A DNA stretch of 64,000 nucleotides from Chiloscyllium plagiosum. Its lineage: Eukaryota. Shown piece after piece: positions 39,601-53,560 of the stretch (the first letter of the stretch is position 1; each line of letters starts with the position of its first letter). The stretch lies in assembly GCF_004010195.1 (NCBI RefSeq), contig NC_057726.1, forward strand, positions 70,661,211 to 70,725,210, written 5' to 3'. The notes beneath the pieces were generated by a model, which saw only the letters and a list, made by a program, of their open reading frames with translations, did no database searches and had not been told where the DNA came from. The position numbers were made by a program, and so were the translations under genes.

Positions 39601-42039
39601 TTCCTCAGACAACTTTTAATGCAGGCTGCCTCTCTGATGCAAACCTCCCTCAGTTTTAATTTTCAAATGTGGATATTTAGTGACATGTGAGACGAAGCTC
39701 CCAGTCTGTGACAACTGAAAAGGAGCAGGTGAGACTTATTCAAGAACAATTCGATCAGCTTGGTAAAACTTGAAGTTTTTGTTGAGTGTGTGGTGCTGGA
39801 AAAACACAGCAGGTCAGGCCTTATTCAAATTGGCCTCATTCCTGATGAAGGGCTTCCACCCGAAATGTCGACCCTCCTGTTACTCGGATGCTGCCTGACC
39901 TACTGTGCTTTTACACCAGCAGACTCTTGGCTCTAATCTCCCGCATCTGCAGTCCTCACTTTCGCCTTGAAGTCTTTGTTGTGAACTGCAGAGTGCACCA
40001 TACAATTATAGACATTTATTCTTGACTGCAATTGAGTGCAGTGCAGACAATCAGATTTATTCCCTATAAATGCATTTTAAAGTATGAATTCAACGGCTCC
40101 ATTTCAGTTGTGGATCTGAATTTGCTTTTTAATTTTTTTTTCATTCTATAGCTTTGAGTTTAATACAGCAGAAAGAACCCTTTCATCGTATGTGGTACCT
40201 GGAACTCTCTCCCTGACAACAATGTATCTAAATTACCTGGATTGCAGTAAATCAAGAAGCTGGTTTGCTACAGGAATCTTAAACTAAGCAGTTACCATTA
40301 AAAATAGTATGTCATGCAGAATAGACCCACTTCTGTAATGAAGGTGAAGCAAAGATTTCTCGGAGGTCTTCGGAAAACTGGGCAAAGTCTTTACTCCAGT
40401 TCTGCATATCTTTCTGTGAGATTTTGACGCTGCAGTGTTATAGGTAACAGAATAAAATTCTCTCATAGCCAGATACAATGTTTCATGAGCAGGTTATCAT
40501 GATCAAAAGAGAAGACAAGAATATCTATGATTGAGAAATACCTCACAGAAGCCCAAAAAGCACATTTTAGAGCACTGAAATATTGTAGTTTACATTTTAG
40601 CCAAAAGCACACTGTACTTGTTAGAATTCTTCATTGTCACTAAGCTGAACATATACCGCCCGAAATAGATGGCCCATATTTTAAATTAAAACATCAATAA
40701 TTTACTTTAAAACATGCTATCTGGCATCAAGAATACCTTGCAAAATCTCTGAAAATACATTGCAATTTCGTCTTCACTTAAGACTTCAATGCCTTTATTT
40801 AGATGGCCGACTGAAATAGAAAAAAAAACCTTCCTTTATTCATAAAGGATTAGGGTGATTCTGAAATTATCTTTCTATTAACAGTGGTAAGTACAGTTGG
40901 TCCTTTTCTCTAACTGACTTACTGATTTAACTAATTTAATATGAGGGAACTTTCAATTAAATCCTGCACCATATACCCTCCGAATGAAACTTTACTAACT
41001 CATTTCAAGTATTTGCTACTTGTAATTTTACGTTACAGCAGCGTGACCTGTGATTCTTTTTTATAGTTGTTAAGCAAACACAAACATATTTATCTTTGCC
41101 TCATTTCATGAACTGTACTGCATACTCAATCTGTAGCCGAATGTAATAAAACAGAAAGTCACTTATCAGAATTCAAAAATCTCATTAAATTGAACTGATG
41201 CATGAAACCTTTCCTTCAGAAGACTGCATAATTGCAGCATTTCCCAGGAAACTTTGAATTAAAGCTATATTAATATTAATAATATTGAAATAATAATGTT
41301 TGCTTATTGTGATGAGGTGTGATGTTCATAGCAACAAATAGTTCAGAGTGAGAAACTGTAAAGTATTATGATTGTAAATGCAATGTTAGCAAAGTCACTA
41401 CAACAAACAAATTGCCTAGATTAAGAATGAATGCTTGTCACTGACTCCAAAACAAAATCTGAATGTTAGTCTTGACTTTCTAGACAAAACAAGAGATTCC
41501 TGAGGATAAACTCAGATACTCTACTCTTAATCTAGTAAATTCTGAGAATGGCATCATGCCTAAACAACAGGAAAAAAATCACATTATATACAGAGGTACA
41601 TTTCAACTCATATGTGTAAATAATGAGATAATTCATTAGAATGAGTTGATTTCAAGATGTTGTCAGTAATTGCTTTGTGTAATTTTCATCTAGAATGATT
41701 TAAATGAATGGTAAATCAGTCTGAATGCTGGCTTTCAGACAAAACAGAGCATGACATACAGCAATGGCTCTGGTGAATCATCGAAACCTAAACACCAAGA
41801 AAAAAAGCCCAGTGTGTGCAGCGATGTAAAGCAGCCACTAAGCTGGGCAAATAAAAGTACGCTTAGCAGATAGAAAAACAGATTGTATCACGGAGGTGTT
41901 TATGTTTCTTTATCAATTTTAAGCTGTTATTTTTCTCACATAACTCTGTCATAACTTTTCAAAACTGTGGATGAATTTATTCCCTCAGATACTGTCGCTT
42001 GGATCCATTCCATTTCAACTTGAAAATTAACACCACAGT

Positions 42040-42358
42040 TTAGATTAGATTAGATTACATACAGTGGGGAAACAGGCCCTTCGGCCCAACAAGTCCACAC
42101 CGACCCGCCGAAGCGTAACCCACCCATTCCCGTACATTTACCCCTTTACCTAACACTACGGGCAATTTTAGCATGGCCAATTCACCTGACGTGCACATCT
42201 TTGAACTGTGAGAGAAAACCGGAGAACCCGGAGGAAACCCACGCAGACACGGGGAGAACGTGCAAACTCCACACAGTCAGTCGCCTGACGTGGGAATTGA
42301 ACCCTGATCTCTGGCGCTGTGAGGCAGCAGTGCTAACCACTGTGCCACCGTGCCGCCC
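42040..42358 (-). mobile_element. Young HE1-like SINE, right-arm specific
   Basis: Full length with (tagat)n tail. Absent at the mirror site ~23677. Confidence 0.88.
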
Positions 42359-44087
42359 ACTAAAAAGTTACCACGAAAAATTGCAATTCAATTATTTCCA
42401 ACTGTCAAGGATCTCTTTATTTTCCTTATATTTGCACTAAATTCAGCATATTATTTTGACTTTTTTTCTCTGTGGTTGAATGCAGTTAGATATTTATAAT
42501 TTCACTTTATACTAGGAACATGGGGGAATGCCAATATTTTCATTCCCATTCTCCAGTCACTGCATTTTGACCTAGAAATGATGGGCTTTGCTTCAACAGT
42601 GCTCACAAAGTTTCTGTTGGTTAATTGTCCCTCTCAGAGATCTATGAGTCTTTGCAACACTCTTCCTCAAAAGTTAATGGAATCAAGGTTCTTGAATATT
42701 TTAAAATCCCAAATTGAGAGATTCGGGCGGAGCAAGAGGTAAAAGATTATCAGGGATACTGTTTGAATGTGAATTTGAGGTTACAGCAGATTCATTATTA
42801 TATTGTTTGTACAATGTTTTTGATTTGCTCTCCGAGAGTGGACTGATCTCGTACCAGTCATTTTATTGAATGTTCGGAATAGCAGAACAGGTTAGAGAGA
42901 CTGACTGACCTAACATTGCTTCTGATTCCATTGTTCATATGAACCTGTGCTGATTTTCCCATGTGTCTTAACCAGTGAATGACAGATTGAGAATTAGTGT
43001 ATCCACAAACTTCTCTCCTCATCAAACTTCACAAAGATTCAAAAGGAACGGAGGGAAACAACACAGCTTCACTGAGTTCTTTATTCCTTTCCCATTCCTA
43101 ATATGAGTACTTCCTTGTCTTTTTGTATCTCGGTTTGTATGTGCTTGTGAATTCTCAAATGTGGTCAAAACTCACAGAAATCCCACCTTCTCAACCTCAC
43201 CTCATGCCTGATGCAATGGATAGCTTTGGTTATTCTGATTTATTACCACTCAAGCAAAGTTCTCCCTTTTTTATCATTCAGTAAAACAAAATTGTGTTAG
43301 TACTGAATAAGGGAAAAATGATCAACAGTGAATTTCCCATGAGGGAATTTGGGTCTCAATTCTGAAAATATGCTCCAAAGCATAGTTTGGAGAAGTCCAT
43401 CCTTCTCACTGAAAAGCATAATTCTTGTGTTATAACTGACAATTGGCAATATTGCAGATTTGGGATTAAATTCTGGCTATAAATTGGCCCCATAAATTTT
43501 CAGGAATGCAAGCTAAATGGATTGGGTAAGCGATGCATCAGAAATCAGCCTAAATCTGAACACTAGCCACAACTGGGGCATAAAGAAAAATCAATTTCGA
43601 ATACACACCCAGACACGGGGAGCATGTACAAACTTTACACAGGTAGTCGCCCGAGGCTGGAGTCTAACCCTGTGAGGCAGTAGTGCTAACCACTGAGCCA
43701 CCAACCCAAAAACAAACGTCATCTGGACTGTATTGTTCTTCTACCCTGAAAACATCCTATAAATTCAACATTGCCACCTTTCTCAATACAGTCAGGATTA
43801 TTTTCATTGTCAAACTTCATAATCTTGCTAATTCTCGAGAAGTCTCGATGGATTACAATGCAATGGATTACCTGCAATGGATTACAGGTTTATCAAATTC
43901 TGCGTTTTTATTTATTTGCAGCCTTGCAGTGCAATGAAACATATTTTAGATCATTTTAGAAATTCAGCAAATATGTGGACTTCAGTTCAAGCGATGCCTT
44001 TATTGAAAATTGAAATTGTATCATATAAAATGTTCCCAAAAACATGAGATTATTTCTCCTTGATACATTTTCTCCTGTCACATAGTA

Positions 44088-44372
44088 GGGCGGCACGGTG
44101 GCACAGTGGTTAGCACTGCTGCCTCACAGCGCCTGAGACCCGGGTTCAATTCCCGCCTCAGGCGACTGTGTGGAGTTTGCACGTTCTCCCCGTGTCTACG
44201 TGAGGTTTCCTCCGGGTGCTCCGATTTCCTCCTACAGTCCAAAGATGTGCAGGTCAGGTGAATTGGCCATGCTAAAATTGCCCGTAGTGTTAGGTAAGGG
44301 TAAATGTAGGGGCATGGGTCGGTGTGGACTTGTTGGGCCGAAGGGCCTGTTTCCACGCTGTAACGCTCTAAA
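44088..44372 (+). mobile_element. Young HE1-like SINE, right-arm specific
   Basis: gggcggcacggtggcacagtggttagc start and B-box gggttcaattccc. Absent at the mirror site ~3491. Confidence 0.88.
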
Positions 44373-44641
44373 TTAAATCCCTTAGCCCTTTAATCTGAAG
44401 TGTTCCTCCCGAATTATTAAATGTATTCAAACAACGCTGTAATGTTTTAATTATATAGTACAATCTTTCTTCTTTGTAATCGAGCTCCTTGCATTGAATG
44501 ACATTATTATACTGTCTCTGGATACCTTTTAACCGCAGACATTCAGGAAATTGAACCAGCTTGGATATCTGGAAAAATATCGCGATGCTGTTTGAAATGT
44601 CAGTGTAACCACTTTTGCAATAGTTGCTGCCAGTGACCTAC

Positions 44642-44685
44642 CTGCTCATTGCGCTGATTACGCTCTTTTGGTTTTCTGCATGTTC
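44642..44685 (-). CDS. IgSF receptor copy B: cytoplasmic exon 1 (last recognisable exon of this copy)
   Basis: Identical to 3182-3225, acceptor catgtag|. Read-through of the donor gives VGHWQQLLQKWLH*. Confidence 0.75.
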
Positions 44686-45430
44686 CTACATGTGAAATAG
44701 ATCAGTCAGCGAGTACCTGAATTCTATTGCAACGACATACTAAAATGCTCCAAACCAATATCACAGTGGCATTTCCTCTGAATGGCCGAAGACTAATCAA
44801 GAAGTCTACGTAAACTTCTTCATCCATTCTGGTGGATTGTAAGCATCTGTGTTCAGAATAAATCTCATGATGTAAACTGGTTATAATTTGACTCAACGAA
44901 CAGGTTAAAATTTGAAATAATTTGTTGCATTCCGTGTAAAACATGAATGGCAGAGGTTAACGCTAATGCAATCCCGCATTGAGAGGTTACAGCGGGGAGG
45001 GTGGCGTTGGGCGGAATACTGAACTGTTAGTTCACGCAGCAATCCAGTCCTACTGGAGAGAAAGGAAGTAATTCGACTGTTAGTCACATCGGGGGCCGTT
45101 TTTGGTGGCTCTGTGCCCCTTTATGTTCTACTACCCAGACAATAAAGGGATACCGATCACATGCGGGCATTTGGGATTCGTTTTCAATGGCATCACTGTC
45201 ACAGACTTGGTAGGTCGAATGGCCTGTTCCTGTACAATGTTGTTCTATGTTCTATGTTTTCATTTGAGTGTGTCCACCAGTTGGAGATATCAATAACTGA
45301 CACAGTGTCATTAAATTGAAGACACCATGTGGGACAGGCTACGCAGGAGCTGTTTGACAGTTTCTCAGCGCGGCATTGCATCTGAAGTAGTCCTCAATAC
45401 TTGGTAGTGTTTATAGAATCTGATTCTTAC

Positions 45431-45535
45431 CGATTCGCCTGAATGCGTACATCACGCCGAGGAATAATGTCAATCCACCTCCCAAAAAACCGAAAATCTT
45501 TGGGTAAAGGTTATCATTGGAATCTGCGCGATTAT
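45431..45535 (-). CDS. IgSF receptor copy B: transmembrane exon
   Basis: Nucleotide-identical to 2332-2436. Acceptor cacag|, donor |gtaaga; phase-compatible with the C1 exon about 10.9 kb upstream. Confidence 0.82.
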
Positions 45536-48419
45536 CTGTGAGGACAGGTGTAATTTCAGTTTGTTTGCATCATTACAGAATAATAATGAATATCAAATTA
45601 TTACAGCTATCACATTTTTTACATTTAATTTGGGCAGAATAATTCCAATGACGTTTGAGCTTGATATATATCAGACGCTGAAATGTTTTATCTGATGACT
45701 CTGGTTAACATACAAAGTCAACACAATAAAACAATTGGTGAGAGATCCATTGCTAACAGGAGATTTTGGCATGATCATTCGCACTTTAATTTGCAGCCTC
45801 CCCTTTTGCTTGTGCCATCCAATCCGTTTGAGGAAAGCTTTGCCTCTAGTAAGAACTGTGGGTCTGAAATTCATTGAAAAAAAAAACAACTGTTCGAAAT
45901 ATTCAGCAAACCTGGAGCAACTGTCTTGGAAGAAACGTTTAAGTAGTAAATCCATTACATTGCGCAATATTTTGAAAAAGTTCCTTTATCTCAGTCTATT
46001 TTATATATGTTATATTTAAATGTTTGCATGAAATATCCAAACTGGACAGGCATAGAGAGCTGGGAATAATTGGTATCAGCAAGACTGCGCGCCACGATAA
46101 TTTGGAAATTCATGGACAGGTACTGCATTCCGAAAAATTACTCATTCATGTTTCAAATGGATACCCTCCACTGCTTACTTGTAGGATCAAAAAAAAAAGG
46201 TTATATTTGTCGAAGGTGAATCTGTTGACTTGTTGACAAAACTATTGAATGTCTTCAACCCAGTGTTCTCGAAACTTAAACTGTTGCATTAATGAACTCA
46301 CTTCCTTTTCTGTGGTGGAAGTAGTGTCGGTAGCTGGCAATTGATAAAATGCCCTATCAACAGTGACTCCTTTAATGGTTGAATGCAGAAAAACGTGGAA
46401 AACATTCCGTTTTGAGGTCATTTATCTTTCATCTCACAGAAATACCGGCATTGGGTTCGCCATTTTATTTTAAATCGCCTCCCACTCTCTTAATTTCAAC
46501 AGCTTTATTCTGACAGTCACAGCACCATCCATATCTTGGCTTATTATTGAATCGAGTAACAACTGTCCCATAAACGCTGTGACAATGAAAGCAGGCAATG
46601 TATTGCGAATACCACAACAAGAAGCTCAGTTACACACTTCTCCAATCCTGTCATCTGACTGTGCTGAACAGTTAACAAATATGATTAAACACTCTTCATT
46701 TGTCAGGATGAGAATCAGCACTACGGAAGCACCTGCAATTCAGCCAGGACGATTGAACAGCAGCCCACCGATCACCTTCAACATTAACACCCATTCGATT
46801 CAGCAAATACGTGCTGAGCAGAATTGGGCTATTCAATCCTTCATAACCTGTCTGCCATTCAATTACACCACGGCTGATCAATTTTTGGTCTCAACCCAGT
46901 ATTCCGATCTGTCCTCGATAGGCCTAACAGCATTGTCTATCGGAAAGCTAATGAAGTGCACGTGAGATCTATTAAATGAGACAACATCAGCGATATTCCA
47001 GGAAATTAATTCTACACATTAATTATAGGAGAACAAAGTTGTCCTCACACCCGCCTTAAATTTAAAACCTCAAGTTCTCAAACGGTATACCCTTGATTTT
47101 GTCTCTCCTGAAAGTGAAAATCGATCAAGTCTAATTTTGCATATTTCATTCTGATCAATTCTCATTGTTCTGGAAGAGATAAATCTTTACGCTTTCTCCG
47201 TGTGATAACCGCTTTAATCAGGAATTAATTGATTGCTCATTACCTGAACTGATTATAACGCAATTAAGTACTTTTTCCACTCAAGAGAGTAAAATTCGAG
47301 ATATAGTTTCACAAAAGCCCCGTCTAAATATAGAAAAATTACTAGCGCTACCGACCACTCCTCCCTTTCCTATCCCCGCAAATGACGACACAGCGCGACC
47401 TATTTTCATACTCCAGTCACCTTTCAATTAATGCCTCAATTCCCTTTGTCTTCCTAAGACTTCCCTTGCCATGGAAGCACATTAGACAGTAGTGAGCACA
47501 ATCTACAGTCGGCATTGTCGCAACTCATCTTCTCTGCTTCAACAGCACCGTTCAAATACAAGGGAAGCGTATACATTCCAGACAAATGTGTCTCCAACTC
47601 ACACATTATTACGACTGGGGTCTCATCGCTGCTTAATCGTCATTGTAGAGTTAGAATACTCAACCTTCTTTTCTAAACAAAACTCCGGGTAAGGGGTGAA
47701 GACAGAAGCTGAGCCAAACATCTCATTGACAAGGGAAATTAATTAAGGAGAAATTCAGATCTAGGAACCAACGTAGCCAGTCCAGCAAATAATGGAGAAG
47801 ATTGAAAAGGAAAATACTGAACTGGGAATAACTTTTCTGAATGGGGAGTTGACCCTGATAATGCTGACAGCGCACTAAACAGTTCCATGACAGGAAAAGC
47901 CAGACGCCACACGTCCAACATCTGAAGCATCTGAATAAGGTATTCCTTTGTATCAAGTCATTCTTTAGTCAGAGAGCAGTAAGGGTATGGAATGCTTTGC
48001 CTGCAACGCTAGTAGATTCGTCAACTTTAAGTACATGTAAGTCGTCATTGAACAAGCATATGGACGTACATGGAATAGTGTACGTTAGATGGGCTTCAGA
48101 TTGGTATGACAGGTTGGCTCAACATCGCGGGCCGAAGGGCCTATACTGCGCTGTAATGTTCTATGTTCTATGTACAAATAGTTATCATACCAAACGCTGT
48201 AGTGTCTGCGTATTCATATCTTTTTGTCCGAATTGGATTCAGGCACTTTCTAGTCACATGTTTTTTCAAGTCGACATTTAGTGTCATTGATTTGCTTGGA
48301 ATGAGTCGCTCCCACTTCCACATCTAAAGGTAGATTTTAAGTAATGCAATTCAGAAGTAGAGAAAAAGCCGGCAGGAAAAGACTATTATCAAACTTCTAG
48401 TATCACCAGCTCCCCATAA

Positions 48420-50830
48420 CCACCACAAACCGCTTTAAATTTATCGCTAGAAGGGTACAAAATGTGCTCTGGGTGGAGGATTTCAATGTTCACTACCAAG
48501 AATGGTTCGGCAGCAGTACCACTGATCAAGCTGGTCCAGTCCGAAAGGACATAGCTGCTCGACTGGGTCTGCAGGAGGAGGGGAGGGAACCAATAAGAGA
48601 GAAAAATCATATGTAACCTCATCCTTACCAATCTGCCAGCAACAGGTGCACCTGTCCATGACAGTATTGGTGAGTGACCATCGCAAAGTCCTTGTGACGG
48701 TGAAGTCCCATCTTCAGATTGAGAATAATGTCCATCCTGTTGTGTGGCACTATCACCGTGCAAAATCAGACAGACTTCAAACAGATCTAGCAACTCAGTA
48801 CTGAGCATATGTGAGGCACTGTGGGTTATCAACAGCATTAGAACTGTACTCCAGCTCTGTAACTTCATGGACTGGCCCTACTCAATCAAGCCAAAAGATC
48901 AACCCAAGTTCAATTCAGAGTGCAGGAGAGCATACCAGGAGCAGCAACAGACATATCTGAAAATGAGGTGTCAACCTGGTGAAACCACCAAACAGGACTA
49001 TTTGCATGCCAAACAGCATAAAGCAGGTAGTGATAAACAGCACTAAATAATTCCACAACCAACGGATCAGACCTAAGATCTGCAATCATGCCACACCCAG
49101 TTACAAATGGTGATGGCTGATTAAACAACTGACTGGAGGAGGAGGGTCTACAAATATCCCTATCCTCACTGCTGGAATGGGCCAAGCATGATCAGTGCAA
49201 AACATTAGCTCAAGCTTTCGCAGCAATCTTAGCCAAAAGTGCGAGTGGATGATCCATGTTGGCCTCCTCCAGTGGTCCTCAGCATTACAGATACCAGTCT
49301 TCACTCAATTCGATTAATTCCATGTGACATTAAGAAATGGTTGGAGGCACTGGACATTGCAAAGGCAACAGGGTCCTGATGACATTCTGGCAATAGCACC
49401 AAAGACGTGTACTCCAGAACTTGCCACTTCCCCAGCTAAGCTGACCCAGCACAGTTCCAATACTGGTATCTATCTGACAATGTGGACAATTTCCCAAATA
49501 TATCCTATAGATAAGCAGAAAAAAATCAACCAGGACAAGTACCGTTACATCAGTCTACACTTGATCATCAGTAAATTGATGGACGGTGTCATCAACAGTG
49601 CTATCAAGCAGCCTCTGCTCAGCAATAACCTGCTCAGTGATACTCAGTTTGGGTTTTTCCAGGGCCACTCAGTCCCTGATCTCATTACAGCCTTGGTCCA
49701 GACATGGAAAAAGAACAGAATTCCAGGAATGAGGTGAGGGTGATAGCCCTTAACAGCAAGGCTGCATTTGACCAATATGTGGCATCAAGGAGCCCGAATA
49801 AAACTGGAATCAATCATTATCGGGGACAACTCTCCAGTTGTTAGAGTCATATAGGAAGACGGTTGTAGTTGTTGGCGATCAGTAATCTCATCTGCAGGAC
49901 ATCGCTGCAGGAGTTCTACAGGGTAGCGTCCTCCACCCAATCATCTTCAGCTGCTTCATCAATGAACTTCGCTCCAACATGAGGTCAGAAATGGGAATGT
50001 TCACTGATGATTGCCCAATGTTCAACACCATTTGGGAATCCTCAGACATTGAAGCTGTCCATGCCCAAATGCAACAAGATCTGGACGATATCCAGGCTAG
50101 GACTGCCAAGTAACATATGTGCCACATAAATGTCAAGCTATGACCATCACCAACAAGAGACAAGCTAACCACCGCCCCGAGACATTCAATTGTGTTACTA
50201 TCACTTAATCCACTACTATGAATATCCTGGGAGTTATCATTGTTCAGAAACTCAAGTGGACTCACCATATTAAACACTGGCTGCAAGAGCAGGTCAGTGG
50301 CTAGGAATATTGAGGCCAGTAACTCATCTCCTGACTCCTGAAACTTCCAAGGCACACGTCAGGAGTGTAATGGAATACTCCACACTTGCCTGGATGAATG
50401 CAGCTCCAACAACATTCAAGAAGCTTGACACTATCCAGGACAAAGCAGACCGTATTTTTGCCACTACATCCACGTGCATCCACTCTCTCCACCACTAATG
50501 CTCAGTAGCTGCAGTGATTTCTACCCTCGAAATACACTGCAGAAATTCACCAAAGATCCTTAGACAGCACCTTCCAAACCTATGACCACTCCCACCTAGA
50601 AGGACATGGCAGCAAATTATATGGGGACACAACACCTTCAAACTCCCTTCCAAGCCACTCACCGCCCTTCCTTCACTGTCTCTGAGTCATAATGCTGAAA
50701 TTTAGCCTCGCATGGCATTGTGAGTCAACCCACAGCAGGTGGACTGCAGCGGTTCAAGATGGCAGATCACCATCACCTTGTCCAAGGACAACTATGGATG
50801 GACAATCATGGACCAGCCAGTAGTACCCAC
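48420..50830 (+). mobile_element. Decayed LINE (CR1/L2 group), endonuclease-RT region
   Basis: Remnants GDFNVH, GPDDI, YRYISL, QFGF.QGHS.PDLIT, AGVLQGSVL, MFTDD and RSVMEYS. Confidence 0.82.
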
Positions 50831-52626
50831 ATCCCACAAAAATAAATTTTAAAATTAGAACTTGTTTATTATAACCGAGCTCTGGGCATACTGTGGGCCA
50901 CTCGCCGATTGTATCATTACCAAAGAGTAGACACGTTTCATCACAGAGAGGATGTTGTGGGACTTTCAAACGAATATACAAGTTCATCAACCGCATCGGT
51001 GAGGACGAGAAACTTTTCTGATGTAAGATTTAGAAGGCGAAAATTTCTCAATTTGTCCAGAAATGGAAAATGTTCATCGGTCGACAATACAGATGTTGAT
51101 TAGTCTCATAGAGCCATAGAGATGTACAGCATGGAAACAGAACCTTCGGTCCAACCCGTCCATGCCGACCAGATATCCCAACCCAATCTAGTCCCACCTG
51201 CCAGCACCCAGCTCATATCCCTCCAAATCCTTCCTATTCATATACCCATCCAAATGCCTCTTAAATGTTACAATTGTACCAGCCTCCACCACATCCTCTG
51301 GCAGCTCATTCCATATGCGCACCACCCTCTGCATGAAAAGTTGCCCCTTAGGACTCTTTTATGTCTTTCCCCTATCACCCTAAACCTATGCCCTCTACTT
51401 CTGGCCTCCCCGACGCCAGGGAAAAGACTTTTGTCTATTTATCCTATCCATACCCCTCATAATTTTGTAAACCTCAACCTGCATCGCTCCAAGGAAAACA
51501 GCCCCAGCCTGTTCAGCCTCTCCCTGTAGCTTAGATCCTTCAACCCTGGCAACAACCATGTAAATCTTTTCTGAACTCTTTCTGCACGCAATATTCCAAC
51601 AGTGGCCTAACCAATGCCCTGTGCAGCCGCAACATGACCTCCCAACTCCTGTACTCAATACTCTGACCAATATAGAAAAGCATACCAAATGCCTTCTTCT
51701 CTGTCCTATCGACATGCAACTCAAATTTCAAGGAGCTATGAACCTGCGATCCAAGATCTCTTTGTTCAGCAACACTCCCTATGACCTTACCATTAAGTTT
51801 ATAAGTCCTGCTAAGATTTGCTTTCCCAAAATTCAGCACCTCGCATTTATCTGAATTAAACTCCATCTGGTCAAGATCCTGTTGTAATCTGAGGTAACCC
51901 GCTTCGCTGTCCACTACACCTCCAAATTTGATGTCATCTGCAAACTGACTAAATGTGCCTCTTATGCTGACACCCAAATCATTAATGTAAATGACAAAAA
52001 GTAGGGGGTCCAACAGCGATCCTTTTGGCACTCCACTGGTCACAGGCCTCCAGTCTGAAAAACAACCCTCCACCACCGCACTCTGTCTTCTACCTTCGAG
52101 CCAGTCTGTATCCAAATAGCTAGTTCTCCCTGTATTCCATGAGATCCAACCTTGCTAATCAGTCTCCCATGGGGAACCTTGTAGAACGCCTTACTGAAGT
52201 CCATATAGATCACATGACTGCTCTGCCCTCACCAATCTTCTTTGTTACTTCTTCAAAAAACTCAATCACGTTTGTGAGACACGATTTCCCACGCACAAAG
52301 CAATGTTGATATGTACTTCCTGTCCCTCACGAATCCCTCCAACAACTTGTGCACCACCGAGTTCAGGCCCACCGGTTGATAGTTCCCGGTCTTGTCGTTA
52401 CCACCCTTCTTAAACAGTGGCACCACGTTTGCCAACCTCCAGTCTTCTGGCACCTCACCTGTGACTATCGATGATACAAGTATCTCAGGAAGAGGCACAG
52501 CAATCACTTCTCTAGCTTCCCACAGAGTTCTCGGGTACACCTGATCAGGTCCTGAGGAGTTATCCGCTCTTAATCATTTCAAGACATCCAGCACTTCCTC
52601 CTCTGTAATCGGTATATTTTGCAAGA

Positions 52627-52724
52627 GCTGGAAATGTGTTGCTGGAAAAGCGCAGCAGGTCAGGCAGCATCCAGGGAACAGGAGAATCGACGTTTCGGGC
52701 ATAAGCCCTTCTTCAGGAGGGCTG
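52627..52724 (-). mobile_element. Young short hammerhead-motif element with 13-bp TSD
   Basis: TSD atattttgcaaga at 52614-52626 and 52725-52737. About 90 nt identical to 34952-35042. Confidence 0.85.
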
Positions 52725-53119
52725 ATATTTTGCAAGATGTCACCATCTGTTTCTCTACAGTCTATATCTTCCATATCCTTTTCCCCAGTAAATACTGATG
52801 CAAAATATTCATTTAGTATCTCCCCCATTTTCTGTGGCTCCACACAAAGGCCACTTTGCTGATCTTTGAGGGGCCCTATTCTCTTCCTAGTTACCCTTTT
52901 GTCCTTAATATATTTGGAAATACCCTTTGTGTTTTCCTAATTCTATTTGCCAAAGCTACCTCATGACCCCGTTTTGCCCTCCAGATTTCCCCCTTAAGTA
53001 TACTCCTACGTTTTTAAAACCCTTCTAGGGATTCACTCGATCTATCCTGTCTATACATGACATATGCTTCCTTCTTTTTCTTAACCAAACCCTCAATTTC
53101 TTTACTCATTCAGCATTCC

Positions 53120-53560
53120 AGGGTCCCGGGTTCAATTCCTGCCTCAGGCGACTGACTGTGTGGAGTTTACATGTTCTCCCCGTGTCTGCGTGGGTTTCCT
53201 CCGGGTGCTCTGGTTTCCTCCCACAGTCCAAAGATGTGCATGTCAGGTGAATTGGCCATGCTAAATTGTCCGTAGTGTTAGGTAAGGAGTAAATGTACGG
53301 GCGTGGGTGGCTTGCGATTCGGCGTGGACATGTTGGGCCGAAGGGCCTGTTTCCACACTGTAAAGTAATCTAATCTAGATTAGATTAGATTAGATTACTT
53401 ACAGTGTGGAAACAGGCCCTTAGGCCCAACACGTCCACACCGACCCGCCGAAGCGTAACCCACCCATACCCCTACATTTACCCCTTTACCTAACACTACG
53501 GGCAATTTAGCCTAATCTAATCTAATCTAATCTAATCTAATCTAATCTAATCTAATCTAA
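53120..53560. mobile_element. Tail-to-tail HE1-like SINE composite with (CTAAT)n microsatellite
   Basis: A + strand SINE at 53121-53377, an inverted 3' half at 53378-53510, then (ctaat)n to 53560. attcc flanks both sides. Confidence 0.8.

Larger units (their letters stand above)
33509..48114 (-). repeat. Right arm of the inverted duplication, lacking left-arm segments 3521-10823 and 11892-23078
   Basis: Reverse-complement identity to the left arm. The deletion junctions can be read at ~44052 and ~42965. Confidence 0.95.

Noticed and set aside
44088-44160. tRNA-like A and B boxes
   Set aside because: They are SINE heads rather than tRNA genes: no cloverleaf, and they are followed by the SINE core and tail.
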